Shown piece by piece: positions 35,482-45,394 of a stretch of 64,000 bases of DNA. Every line of letters starts with the position of its first letter. Position 1 is the first letter of the stretch. This DNA comes from Minisyncoccota bacterium (GTDB lineage Bacteria > Patescibacteriota > Minisyncoccia > Phycocordibacterales > UBA2100). The stretch is taken from NCBI GenBank assembly GCA_035559235.1, contig DATMBM010000010.1:20257-84256 (forward strand). Direction: 5' to 3'. Both the position numbers and the translations under genes were made by a program. The notes under the pieces were generated by a model, which worked only from the letters and a program-made list of their open reading frames with translations, was not told where the DNA came from and searched no databases.

Positions 35482-36431
35482 ATGCTCAAGTATGTCGCTG
35501 CTCTCGTCATTGTAATTGCCGCCGTAGTCGGCGGGTTTTTGCGCTTAATTCCTATATCTACGATGAGAAGCAGGCTGGGGAAACGGACTATCGCGATGTT
35601 ACATTCGCAATAGACGGCCAGTTGATGACTCGGGCAACTCCCGGCGTCACGTATTTCGGGAGAGGGTGTCGGCGGCGATGTCGCGGTCGGCGGCGGAGTA
35701 CTGACCATAACGGCACCGGTTACCGGCGACCTGAAATTCGGCGGCGGGGAAGTGCGGATTGATGCGCCGATTGGCGGAACGTCGAGATCATGGCGGATAG
35801 AGTTACGCTCGGCCCGCGGGCAGTCATCAGCGGGGATTTGACCTACACGGCGCCGCAGGAGGCGACGATGGAAGAAGGCGCACTGGTGCGTGGCGAGATC
35901 AACTTTGAACGTCGCGAGGGCAGAAGCGATGTCGATGTCGCCGGAGCCGCCGCGGGCTTTATCACGCTCTTGCTCGTTGCAAAATTGTTGATGTCGATTG
36001 TCGGGGCATTTGCAATCGGATACTTATTCCATCGCTATTCCCGTGAATTGGTCGCAACGGCCGCGACGCAGCCGCTTTTGGAGATCGGCCGCGGCGCCGT
36101 CTTCCTCATCGTTGTGCCGGTCGCCTCGATTATCGTGCTCGTCACGATTATCGGCATGCCGCTCGGTATCCTCGGCCTTCTCATATACGTAGCCTCGCTC
36201 CTTTTCGTCTCGCTCGCCGCGCCTATCGTTGCGGGATCGATCGTGCACAAGTGGATCTGGAAACCAGCTGGATACGAAGTTAATTGGAAAACGATTCTCC
36301 TTGGCGTCGCAGTGCATTTTGTCCTCGGCCTTATTCCGTTCCTCGGATGGCTCGTCAACTTCGGCATCATGCTGCTTACGCTAGGCGCGGCCGTGCGCAT
36401 CCAATGGGGCATTGCGAAAGAGTGGCGGTAA
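35482..36431 (+). pseudogene. bactofilin-like (beta-helix repeat) protein with N-terminal anchor and C-terminal 4-TM domain; needs three frameshifts to read through
   Basis: Frame 1 encodes MLKYVAALVIVIAAVVGG (anchor, from 35482). Frame 0 encodes DVTFAIDGQLMTRATPGVTYFG. Frame 1 encodes GVGGDVAVGGGVLTITAPVTGDLKFGGGEVRIDAPIGG. Frame 0 from about 35775 encodes NVEIMADRVTLGPRAVISGDLTYTAP...EGALVRGEINFE plus a 4-TM C-terminus (track ORF 35790..36431). The repeats read as one protein only if the frames are joined. Confidence 0.4.
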
Positions 36432-36473
36432 CGGTATGACAACATCGTGAGCGCGATGCGGTAAAATAGCATC

Positions 36474-36959
36474 ATGCGACGGCGCGTCATTCTTTCGCTT
36501 TTGTTGGCACTCCTGGTCGGCGGGTTCCTTTTGACTGCGGCACTCCTTGGTATGGGAGAAGGGGGGACGGAGCGCCTTGGATTCATCGATGGCGTCACGA
36601 CCAACGGAAATTACGGTGTTATTTTTGACGAAGCCGAATGGCTTACTGGAGCAGAAGGCGAAGACGCCGCTATCGAGGCGGGCCTCTGCACCGAGGCGAC
36701 GCGCTCCAGCTGTCTTCCAAACGACTACATCATCAGGAATACGTCGGGAGCGACCCGTGTCTATGAATTCGCAAACGACGTCGTGATCACGATGCAGACG
36801 CTACGTATGGAGCAGGAAGGTGTGCGCCCGACGGTGATTTCCCGGCAGGAATTCGAGCAGCTCATAAATAATCCCAGTCAGCACTGGCGTGACCTGCCGT
36901 ACCGGATCACCATTCACAATGGCCTTGTGCGCAAAGTTGATGAAGTCTACGTGCCATAA
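36474..36959 (+). CDS. secreted hypothetical protein
   Basis: Signal peptide MRRRVILSLLLALLVGGFLLTAALLG. No homology recognised. Confidence 0.45.
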   Translation: MRRRVILSLLLALLVGGFLLTAALLGMGEGGTERLGFIDGVTTNGNYGVIFDEAEWLTGAEGEDAAIEAGLCTEATRSSCLPNDYIIRNTSGATRVYEFANDVVITMQTLRMEQEGVRPTVISRQEFEQLINNPSQHWRDLPYRITIHNGLVRKVDEVYVP

Positions 36960-37022
36960 ACTTCATCATTTCTTGGTCCATTTTCGACAATGGTGTAAGG
37001 TAAGAAGCGCGACCTCGTCCAT

Positions 37023-38228
37023 ATGTACATGCAAAACACACGCACCGCGTTTTCTGCTATCGCAGGAGCGGCGCTCTTCGTCTGCGCGTTCATGCCTTTA
37101 CACGCTGACGCCGCAGTGATTTCAAAACCCTTCGAGATTTCAGGCTGGATCCCGTACTGGCGCGCAGCAACCGGTACGGCAGATATCATGCCGCATTTGG
37201 AGACATTCACCGAGGTGAATCCGTTTGGGTATACCGTCACCGAAAACGGAAATCTCAACGACGCCGCGCTTATCCTTATGGAGCCGTGGACGACGCTGCA
37301 GAAGGAGGCAAAGGCGAAAGGGGTACGCTACATCCCGACGGTCATGTGGTCGAATGCGGAAGCGATGCACACGGTCTTGAGCGACCCGAAGAAGCGCGCC
37401 GCACATATCAAGCAGATCGTCGACGAGGTCTACACGCACGGATTCGACGGGATCGACATTGACTACGAGGGCAAGTACTTGAAAACAAAACCGCACTTCT
37501 CGAAATTCCTGGAAGAACTCTACGCGGCAATGGGCGACAAGTGGGTGATGTGCACGATCGAGAGCCGCACGCCGCTTTCCGATCGCTACCACGGCACAAC
37601 GCCTCCGGCGGACGCGGGAGAATACGTAAACGATTTCGCGGTGATCAACAAGTACTGCGATCGTGTCCGGTTCATGACATATGACCAGCGCAATGTGGAC
37701 CAGAAACGCGAATCCGAGGTGACAGAGCCGTATGCGCCCGTCGCCGATACCGTATGGGTTGAGAAGACTATCCGCGAGGCGATGAAATCGATTCCCGCGC
37801 GCAAAATCGTCCTCGGCATTCCGACGTATGGGTACGAATGGGAAGTGCGCACCTATGCAAACAATCAGCACACCTACGACCTCCTCTGGACGTTCAATCC
37901 GCAGTATGGATGGGATCTCGCGAACGAATACAACATAACACCGGGCCGCAACGCCGGTGGCGAATTGGGATTCACGTACTTCCCAAAGGATGGACCGCTC
38001 TCGCTGCCGCGTCCCGCGACGGCATGGCCGTTCAACCTTGTCGCATCAGCCGCGTCCGCGCTCACTACGGCGCAAAACACGAACATGGCGTATCGCATGG
38101 TCACGTGGCAGGACGCGCAAGCTATCGGCGACAAGGTCGCGCTCGCAAAGAAATTAGGCATCCGCGGCGTCGCCGTTTTCAAGATTGACGGAGGCGAAGA
38201 TCCCAAGATGTGGGATGTGTTGAAATAA
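37023..38228 (+). CDS. secreted glycoside hydrolase family 18 (chitinase/peptidoglycan-hydrolase-like) protein
   Basis: GH18 catalytic motif FDGIDIDYE (DxxDxDxE). Signal peptide MYMQNTRTAFSAIAGAALFVCAFMPLHA. Confidence 0.8.
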   Translation: MYMQNTRTAFSAIAGAALFVCAFMPLHADAAVISKPFEISGWIPYWRAATGTADIMPHLETFTEVNPFGYTVTENGNLNDAALILMEPWTTLQKEAKAKGVRYIPTVMWSNAEAMHTVLSDPKKRAAHIKQIVDEVYTHGFDGIDIDYEGKYLKTKPHFSKFLEELYAAMGDKWVMCTIESRTPLSDRYHGTTPPADAGEYVNDFAVINKYCDRVRFMTYDQRNVDQKRESEVTEPYAPVADTVWVEKTIREAMKSIPARKIVLGIPTYGYEWEVRTYANNQHTYDLLWTFNPQYGWDLANEYNITPGRNAGGELGFTYFPKDGPLSLPRPATAWPFNLVASAASALTTAQNTNMAYRMVTWQDAQAIGDKVALAKKLGIRGVAVFKIDGGEDPKMWDVLK

Positions 38229-38250
38229 TTGCGCGTAACCGCCTAGGATC

Positions 38251-38273
38251 TCCGCGCATGCCGCGGATTTTTT
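38251..38273 (+). terminator. intrinsic terminator after the GH18 gene (TCCGCG-CATGC-CGCGGA + T6)
   Basis: 6-bp GC stem, 5-nt loop, then six Ts. Lies 23 nt after the stop. Confidence 0.6.
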
Positions 38274-38333
38274 GTTGAGAAATGGCATCGGCTTCACCGC
38301 TTTGTCATGCGCTGACGCTACCATTGGCGTCAT

Positions 38334-38732
38334 ATGAAAACACGTACTAAAGCAACGCTCGGCGCGGCGGCTGCGGCAACAGGCGCCGCTCTCGCCGCTG
38401 CCTATTATCTCTACGGGTCTGAAGACGCCGCGAAGCATCGGCGGCAATTGAAGAAGTGGGCACGGGACGCGGAACGCGAGATCGTGCAGGCGGCTCGCAA
38501 AGCGAAAAACAAGGTGCTGACCGACCGTAATGTCCGTGCACTCATAACCGAGGCGGCGCACCGGTACCGCATGACCAAGGATCTCGATCCGAAGGACGTG
38601 CGTGACTTTGTCGCGAGGATGCAGAGCCGCTGGTATGCCGTCCGCGAGGCGCTGGAAGAGGAGGGAACGAAGGGGAAACGTGCAAAGCGCGGCAGGCAAC
38701 GACGAGTGCGAACGGCGAAAAAGTCCCGATAA
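38334..38732 (+). CDS. basic hypothetical protein with N-terminal Ala-rich anchor
   Basis: 132 aa. TLGAAAAATGAALAAAYYLY hydrophobic segment, then a Lys/Arg-rich region. Confidence 0.4.
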   Translation: MKTRTKATLGAAAAATGAALAAAYYLYGSEDAAKHRRQLKKWARDAEREIVQAARKAKNKVLTDRNVRALITEAAHRYRMTKDLDPKDVRDFVARMQSRWYAVREALEEEGTKGKRAKRGRQRRVRTAKKSR

Positions 38733-38820
38733 TTGGCCGCGACGCATTGTGCAATCCAGACTTTGATTGCAAAGTGCGATATTCACTTGCGGCACATGGA
38801 GGGTACGAGACAATGGTGGT

Positions 38821-40275
38821 ATGCAGGTATTGCCGAAACGACTGAACGGATGGAAAGCGATAGCGGGGGAGATGCGATCCTTTCGAAAACGAGCGGCCCA
38901 AGCGCTGCCGCGACTGGGCACTTATGCCTACTATGCGTTTGTCGCGGCTGTCGGTGCGAGCCTGATTTGGCTCGCGTCCGTTTTTGGTAGCACAAGCTCG
39001 TTTAGTGAAGTCAGACCGGCACTCCAGGCATCCCTCGGCTCGTTCGCGGCGTTTTTTAGCGGCGTTCCGCCACAACAACAAACGGCGCCAGTCACGGTCA
39101 CGGCGCCCGGTCAGGCGATCGCGCTCAACGAATTGGAAATCAAATCGGCCGTCTCGGGACGCGTGGTTTCGATACTCGCGCAGGGGCAGTCTGTCGAAGA
39201 AGGCGATATCGTGGCGCGGCTAAACGACGCGGAAGCGCGTGCCGAACTCAAGAGCGCGGAGGCGTCACTCGCCGCGGCGCAACGAACGCTGGAGCAGGCG
39301 CGAAGCGGCACCGCTGAAGCAAGCGCCGACTCTGCAGAACTCACGGCGGCACGCGATCAGGCGTTTACCGCCCTTTCAAACACGCATGTCAACTTGGCGT
39401 GGATCATGCCGACGCTTACGGACGTCGTTAACGGGCGCGACGTCAGGCAATCGGTGGGAAATATATACGCGTACGCGGATATGGTGTCAGCGCAGTATCC
39501 CGAGATCAGCGGTCCGCGCGAAGCGGCAGCAGACCAGGTGCGCCGTGCAAAGAGCAGTTATGAGGGAATAGTTCAGCGATATCGTGCTATCTCCCGTGCG
39601 TCGTCGCAGGCGGAAATGGAGGGCGTAATCCAGGGGACGTACGAAACGTTGAAAGTGACAGCCGATGCGCTGAAGAGCGTGTCGGATTTTCTTGCGATCG
39701 TGAGAGAGCAGTTCGACGAACAGGGGCAACCGCAACTTGAAAGTATGGCGACACATCAAGGCGCCATTTCAGACGCCTTGGTGACGACCAACGACAGCCT
39801 CGACGAACTGGCGAATGCGACCGAAAATCTGCGCATTGCGCAATCCGGACCGGCGCAGGCCGCACCTGATATCGGCAGCCTGGAAGTCGCGGTTGCGGAG
39901 CGCGAAGCGGCTCTAGCCGCGGCGCGTGCCCGCGTCGAGGCGCATACCGTGAAGGCTCCCATTGCGGGTACGATTGCATCCCCGGTCCGGTCGGGAAATT
40001 CAGTCGTCCCCGGCGAGATTCTGGCGACGATCATGACCAAGGAGTTGGCGGCGCGCATTGCGCTTTCCGAAGCGGATGTCGGGCACGTGCAAGAGGGCGA
40101 TGCTGTTACCGTCACGTTCGACGGCGTCGACGGAGTGTCTCTCCCGGGAGTCGTGCTCGCGGTCGATCCTGTTGCGACCGTCCAAGACGGCGTGGTGCGA
40201 TTTTATGCGATTGTCAGTTACCAGCAGCACGAGCGTGTGCGACCGGGCATGACGGTAACCGCCCGCATCGAGTAG
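38821..40275 (+). CDS. HlyD-family membrane-fusion / efflux periplasmic adaptor protein
   Basis: N-terminal TM, a lipoyl/beta-barrel half (IKSAVSGRVVSILAQGQSVEEGDIVARL), a long coiled-coil, and a C-terminal TVKAPIAGTI...GEILATI barrel. Start chosen at MQVLPKRL. Confidence 0.6.
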   Translation: MQVLPKRLNGWKAIAGEMRSFRKRAAQALPRLGTYAYYAFVAAVGASLIWLASVFGSTSSFSEVRPALQASLGSFAAFFSGVPPQQQTAPVTVTAPGQAIALNELEIKSAVSGRVVSILAQGQSVEEGDIVARLNDAEARAELKSAEASLAAAQRTLEQARSGTAEASADSAELTAARDQAFTALSNTHVNLAWIMPTLTDVVNGRDVRQSVGNIYAYADMVSAQYPEISGPREAAADQVRRAKSSYEGIVQRYRAISRASSQAEMEGVIQGTYETLKVTADALKSVSDFLAIVREQFDEQGQPQLESMATHQGAISDALVTTNDSLDELANATENLRIAQSGPAQAAPDIGSLEVAVAEREAALAAARARVEAHTVKAPIAGTIASPVRSGNSVVPGEILATIMTKELAARIALSEADVGHVQEGDAVTVTFDGVDGVSLPGVVLAVDPVATVQDGVVRFYAIVSYQQHERVRPGMTVTARIE

Positions 40276-40287
40276 TACGGGGTCATG

Positions 40288-41613
40288 CTAGCGGCCGATA
40301 CCGCGATACACGACGCCTGCGTCGATGAATTGCCGCTTGTTCAGGCAGTTTTTCCCGTCGATGACTACGGAAATGCCGTTCTCGAGAAAATGGCGCGGCG
40401 TCAATTCTTTGAATGCACGATGCGCGGTCGCGACTATCGCGCCGAGAGAACCCCGGAGCGTCTCTTCTAATGACGGATGGTGCGAGTGTTCAGGAATGTA
40501 CGGATCGTAGACCGCGGGCGTCGCGCCGCGTACGCGGAGTTCCTCGATGATGCGATGCGACGGACTCTCGCGCATGTCGTCGATGTCCGCCTTGTATGCC
40601 AGGCCAAGGACGGCGATCCGTGCGCCCTGAAGCGCAAGGTTGCGACCGCGAAGCGTACGCTCAAGCAAATCAACCGTGAAGACCGGCATGTGGTTGTTAA
40701 TCTTGCGCGCGAGCGAAAGAAATTCGTGGTCGAACCCGTTCCGTTTTCCTTCGGCGATCAAGTAGTACGGGTCCACGGGAATGCAGTGACCGCCGACGCC
40801 GCACGAGGGATAGTGCGGCATAAACGCGAAGGGCTTTGTCGATGCCGCCTCGATCACGTGCACGATATCGATGCCGAGCCGGTCGAATGAAAGCGCCAGC
40901 TCGTTCACGAAGGCAATGTTGATGTCGCGAAACGTATTCTCGACGATTTTCACTGCCTCGGCTTCTTTGAGGCCGTGCATCGGCTTGATCGCGCCCGTGA
41001 TGATGGACGAATAGAAATCGACCGTGCGCTCCAGGCCGCGCGGCGTGTACGAACCGGCAACGCGATGGATATTCTCGACATGCCAGTCCTTGTCGCCCGG
41101 GTTCACGCGCTCGGGGCAGTGCGAGAGATCGAAATCGATTCCGGCCTTCATGCCGGCGCGCTCGAGGATGGGGAGAACGACGGTTTCGCATATCCCCGGG
41201 TTCACCGTAGATTCAATGACGACCAGCGATCCTGGTGCAAGGTGCGGCGCTATCCCTTCGCACGCACCAATGAGCGGCTCGAGGTCCGGCGAATGGTCGT
41301 CACGCACCGGTGTCGGCACGCAGACGACGACAATCTCGCATTCCCGCACGCGGGAGAAGTCCGTGTATGAGGTGAGCGATGTTTCGCGCAAATCCGCCGC
41401 GATCCGTTCGTCAAAGAAGGGTGATTCTCCGGCATTGATTGAGGCAACGCGCTTCTCGTTGATGTCGATGCCGCGCACGCGATGCCCCTTGCGTGCGGCA
41501 AGAAGCGCGAGCGGCAGCCCGACGTATCCCAATCCAACGACAGCGACGTCATAGGTGCGTCTGTGCACGGTCGGCGCCAGGGTGGCAACAGCATTGTCTG
41601 ATGTCTCCTGCAT
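40288..41613 (-). CDS. nucleotide-sugar dehydrogenase (UDP-glucose / UDP-ManNAc dehydrogenase family)
   Basis: N-terminal Rossmann fold VAVVGLGYVGLPLA and catalytic-Cys context GGHCIPVDP. 441 aa. Confidence 0.85.
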   Translation of the reverse strand: MQETSDNAVATLAPTVHRRTYDVAVVGLGYVGLPLALLAARKGHRVRGIDINEKRVASINAGESPFFDERIAADLRETSLTSYTDFSRVRECEIVVVCVPTPVRDDHSPDLEPLIGACEGIAPHLAPGSLVVIESTVNPGICETVVLPILERAGMKAGIDFDLSHCPERVNPGDKDWHVENIHRVAGSYTPRGLERTVDFYSSIITGAIKPMHGLKEAEAVKIVENTFRDINIAFVNELALSFDRLGIDIVHVIEAASTKPFAFMPHYPSCGVGGHCIPVDPYYLIAEGKRNGFDHEFLSLARKINNHMPVFTVDLLERTLRGRNLALQGARIAVLGLAYKADIDDMRESPSHRIIEELRVRGATPAVYDPYIPEHSHHPSLEETLRGSLGAIVATAHRAFKELTPRHFLENGISVVIDGKNCLNKRQFIDAGVVYRGIGR

Positions 41614-41756
41614 TCAAGCCGCCAGTTTCCCTGAAGCCGAAGCTTGCGCGAAATTGTACCACGACGGGAAGGAGTGCAAGGTGTTCAGACGCACAATCAC
41701 GATGTATAATGCGCCTGCTTCGCAAGGGAAACGGGGCACGTGCCACAACTGTTTCC

Positions 41757-42464
41757 ATGCTCGATCTCACTCGAAAAAGGCTACTCGTTGTCGCTCCGCA
41801 TCCGGACGATGAGATTTTTGGCTGTGGCGGCCTTATCCAGCGCGTCAAGGCGGAGGGCGGGAAAGTATACGTGCTCTATCTCACGGTCGGCGCAACAAAG
41901 GATTTCTCGAAAAAAGGGAGTTCCGGACCGGATGAGCGCATCCGAGAGATACGTCGTGTCGTAAAGCGCATGCGCATCGACGGCTTCCATATCGCGTTTC
42001 CGGGGGACGAATACATGTTACAGCTCGACCATATGCCACAGCGCACGCTCATCAACGAAATTGAGCGCGGACGCTTATCGCTCGAGACCTTGAAGCCGCA
42101 GGTCCTTGCGTTTCCCTCGTTTGCCGATTACAACCAGGACCACCGCGCCGCAAACGAGGCGTGCATCGCCGCAACGCGCCCGGTCAACGGCTCCTTCAAG
42201 CACACACCGCGCATGCTGCTTGAATACGAGCTGCCGTACACGGGCTGGAGTCCGACGTCCGGGCGCGAGCCGAATTTTTTCCTGCCGCTTGATGACGCGG
42301 CGCTTTCCGCGAAGCGGGAGGCCTTGAAGCTCTATGCGTCGCAGATGAAAACAAAAAAGGGGCCTATTTCGGTTTATGCCTCCGAGCAACTTGCCAAGAT
42401 GCGCGGCGTTCTCTCGGGCGTCGACGCCGCGGAGGCGTATGTGCTGCGCCGCCTTCTCGTCTAA
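41757..42464 (+). CDS. PIG-L/LmbE-family N-acetylglucosaminyl deacetylase
   Basis: VVAPHPDDEIFGCGG signature. Start chosen at MLDLTRK; the upstream part of track ORF 41493 is Arg-rich non-coding. Confidence 0.75.
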   Translation: MLDLTRKRLLVVAPHPDDEIFGCGGLIQRVKAEGGKVYVLYLTVGATKDFSKKGSSGPDERIREIRRVVKRMRIDGFHIAFPGDEYMLQLDHMPQRTLINEIERGRLSLETLKPQVLAFPSFADYNQDHRAANEACIAATRPVNGSFKHTPRMLLEYELPYTGWSPTSGREPNFFLPLDDAALSAKREALKLYASQMKTKKGPISVYASEQLAKMRGVLSGVDAAEAYVLRRLLV

Positions 42465-42470
42465 CCTGTT

Positions 42471-43313
42471 ATGAGCACGCGACTCGTCGGATACCAACCG
42501 CAGTATTTTCCAAGATTGCACTACTATGCACGCATTCTGAATGCCGACATCTTTAAGATTTCGGATAATCTGCAATATGTGCGACGTCACGCGTATCCAT
42601 CGTCCGACGGAACGAGGCATAACGGCCCGTCCTATCAGGCGCACTCACCGATAAAAACTTCGCAAGGGATGTACCTCTTGGACGTACCCACGAGCCACGT
42701 ACTGCCGCAGCGTGAGCGCATGATGAATACGGTGAGCTTGGATTACTCGAAAGAGTGGCCGCGCAAACATATACGGATTCTCGAGCTGAATTATGGAAGG
42801 GCGCCGTTCTTCAAGAAGCTCATGCCCGGCATCACCGCGCTTCTGAATCAACCGTACGAAAATTTGGCTGCGTGCACCATTGCGAGCATGGTTTGGGGGC
42901 TCGCGGTTCTTTTCGAATTTCCCGTCGCACTGTTCGAGTCCGTGCCCGCCGAACTCGTCGCAATGTTTTCACATCACGGATTTCGCCTGAAGAAAATTGT
43001 GAGAATGTCCGAAGAAGAACTACACCCGGCGGACAAGACGAGCGGAGAAGACGTCAATAGCTGGATAGTGCATCAATGCCGCGCGCTCGGCGCAACCGAA
43101 TATTACTTTGGGGGCACGGCGGGAGCGGCGTATCTCGATCTCGAGCGCATCGCCCGTTCTGGCATTACGCTCGTACAGCAGAACTGGCACTGCGAAGAAT
43201 ACCCGCAGCAGTTCCCGCGGCACGGCTTCATGCCAAACCTCTCCATTCTTGATTTACTGATGAATGTTTCTCCGGCAGCGGCGCGGGCGATTCTCGCGAC
43301 GCCCAACCAATAG
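42471..43313 (+). CDS. WbqC-like family protein (paralog 1)
   Basis: N-terminal GYQPQYFPRLHYYARI resembles the QPxYFP..GYF motif I recall for the WbqC-like family. The two paralogs are clearly related to each other along their full length. Confidence 0.5.
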   Translation: MSTRLVGYQPQYFPRLHYYARILNADIFKISDNLQYVRRHAYPSSDGTRHNGPSYQAHSPIKTSQGMYLLDVPTSHVLPQRERMMNTVSLDYSKEWPRKHIRILELNYGRAPFFKKLMPGITALLNQPYENLAACTIASMVWGLAVLFEFPVALFESVPAELVAMFSHHGFRLKKIVRMSEEELHPADKTSGEDVNSWIVHQCRALGATEYYFGGTAGAAYLDLERIARSGITLVQQNWHCEEYPQQFPRHGFMPNLSILDLLMNVSPAAARAILATPNQ

Positions 43314-43340
43314 TATGGAGCATCTTTTTTTTCTAGAGGT

Positions 43341-43359
43341 TGCGAATTTTGAATTCGCA
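43341..43359. repeat. perfect palindrome TGCGAATT-TTG-AATTCGCA between the two WbqC-like paralogs
   Basis: 8-bp arms read from the sequence. Lies 10 nt upstream of the paralog-2 start codon. Confidence 0.55.
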
Positions 43360-43368
43360 CACGTGCTT

Positions 43369-44220
43369 ATGGCGCTTTCAATTCGACTTACCGGTTACCA
43401 GCCGCAGTATTTTCCCCGATTACACTACTTCGCGCGCATCCTTGATTCCGATATTTTTACCATCTCCGATTATTTACAATATGTGCGAAAGCACACCTAT
43501 CCGAATCCTGACGGCACGACGCATCGCGGCGTCTCGTATCAGGCTCATACGCCCATAAAGACGGCGCAAGGAGCGTTCATGCTCGACATTCCCGTCAAAA
43601 AAGGGGGAGAGCAGGGTCGGCAGAGCCTGAATGAAGCCGAAATCGACTACGCCTCAGCGTGGCAGCAGAAAAACATCAATAGCATTCACCACAACTACCA
43701 CCGGGCCACAAACTACTCCGCGGTTTTCCCGTCGCTCTCGCTCGTGATGATGCAGCGGTACGGCTCGCTCGCCGAGTGCACCATCGAGTCGATGCTCTGG
43801 GCGCTGAGCATGATCCTCGAAGTGCCGTGCTATCGACCAAAAGGACCGACGCTCGCGCAGATTAACGATGCACTGGCGCAAAGTCCCTTTCGCCTGAGGC
43901 GCATCGTGCGAATGTCGGAGACACCGATTCTTCCGGCCGACAAGGAGAAGCGGGACGCCAACGATTGGCTGGTGGAGACGTGCGCGTACTTTAACGCCGA
44001 TGAATACTATTTCGGCGGGACGAGCGCGGCTGCCTACATGGACTTTTCGCGGTTTGAGAAGGCGGGCATTGCGCTCGTGCGGCAGCAGTGGACGTGCGCG
44101 CCGTATCGGCAGCAGCATGGTGAGTTCATTCCGAACCTTTCCATTATCGATCTCCTCATGAACGTGCCGGTTGCAGAGGCGCGCGAGATTCTTCACCCAA
44201 AGAGTGCCGCGGAACGCTAA
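43369..44220 (+). CDS. WbqC-like family protein (paralog 2)
   Basis: MALSIRLTGYQPQYFPRLHYFARILDSDIFTISDYLQYVRKHTYP parallels paralog 1 residue by residue. Confidence 0.5.
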   Translation: MALSIRLTGYQPQYFPRLHYFARILDSDIFTISDYLQYVRKHTYPNPDGTTHRGVSYQAHTPIKTAQGAFMLDIPVKKGGEQGRQSLNEAEIDYASAWQQKNINSIHHNYHRATNYSAVFPSLSLVMMQRYGSLAECTIESMLWALSMILEVPCYRPKGPTLAQINDALAQSPFRLRRIVRMSETPILPADKEKRDANDWLVETCAYFNADEYYFGGTSAAAYMDFSRFEKAGIALVRQQWTCAPYRQQHGEFIPNLSIIDLLMNVPVAEAREILHPKSAAER

Positions 44221-44229
44221 GATGCGCCT

Positions 44230-45351
44230 ATGCTGAAGTATGTTGGCGTCGCAGCAGTGCTTGTGCTTGGTGCGATGATAATCTTCCAAAATTTTCGCGT
44301 GCAGCCCGAGCCGGTTGCCGCGCCCGCGCGCGAAGAGGTACGAGAAGCCGCGGAGGAGCGGGTGCCAAGTGCTCGCGAGCAGGCGCACGAACGCACGGGA
44401 GCGACGCTCGTATTTGGTGCAATTCCTTACTGGGACCAGGCCCGCGCGACCGCAATGTTTAAAAAACATGTGGAAGATATCGACGCGGTCGCACTGTTTT
44501 GGTACCGCCTTAATCGAGATGGTTCTATCGGAAAGTATCAAAACGCCCGCGAGGACCAGTCGCTCATCGAGTTTGCGCATCAGCACGGCGTCGCCGTGTA
44601 TGCGCTGGTCGCGAATTTGCCGGAGAGCGGGGATTGGGATCGGGAGCGTGTCGCTGCCGCCATCGGAACACCCGAGGCGCGCGCAGCGCACATTCAGTCG
44701 CTTGTTGCGCTCGCGCGCGAAAAAAATTTTGACGGCATCAATATTGACTACGAATTTTTGAGTGACGCACAGACCGATGACTTTACGACGTTCATCAACG
44801 AGCTTGGCGCGGCACTCCGCGCCGAAGGGAAAAAACTTAAAGTCGCTATTCACGCGCAGCGACCAGGCTCCGAGACCCGCGGACAAGACATTGCAGCACT
44901 CACCGGCGCGGATTATCTCGCGTTTATGACGTACGACCAGCATTGGGAGACGTCTGACCCGGGCGCGAACGCCGAAATTGGGTGGACGCGCGAAGTCTTG
45001 GAACATGCAGCACGACTCGGCGTGCCGATGAACAAGATCCTCCTCGGCATTCCGCTCGATGGCTACAATTGGCGTGGGGAGGACGGTGATTGGGAAGAAG
45101 CCGAGGGAGTCGATTACGTAAGCGCACTCGAACTTGCTGATGCCGAAGGTGCGACCGTCCGCTATGACGAAAGCGTCGAAGCGCCGTATTTCACGTTTGG
45201 AAACAGCGATGGCAGCGAGAACGAAGTATGGTTTGAAAATGTGCAGAGTTTTCGGCCCAAGTACGAACTTGCGAAAGAATTCGGCCTCGCGGGCGTCGCA
45301 TTGTGGAAATTCGGCGCGGAAGATGAGCGGATTTATGATGTGATTGAGTAG
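44230..45351 (+). CDS. secreted glycoside hydrolase family 18 protein (second copy)
   Basis: NFDGINIDYEF (DxxDxDxE). N-terminal anchor MLKYVGVAAVLVLGAMII. The antisense 614-aa ORF 43654..45498 is rejected. Confidence 0.8.
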   Translation: MLKYVGVAAVLVLGAMIIFQNFRVQPEPVAAPAREEVREAAEERVPSAREQAHERTGATLVFGAIPYWDQARATAMFKKHVEDIDAVALFWYRLNRDGSIGKYQNAREDQSLIEFAHQHGVAVYALVANLPESGDWDRERVAAAIGTPEARAAHIQSLVALAREKNFDGINIDYEFLSDAQTDDFTTFINELGAALRAEGKKLKVAIHAQRPGSETRGQDIAALTGADYLAFMTYDQHWETSDPGANAEIGWTREVLEHAARLGVPMNKILLGIPLDGYNWRGEDGDWEEAEGVDYVSALELADAEGATVRYDESVEAPYFTFGNSDGSENEVWFENVQSFRPKYELAKEFGLAGVALWKFGAEDERIYDVIE

Positions 45352-45394
45352 CTTTCCATTTTTCGCAATATAGTAATATCGTAGCGCAGGCAGA

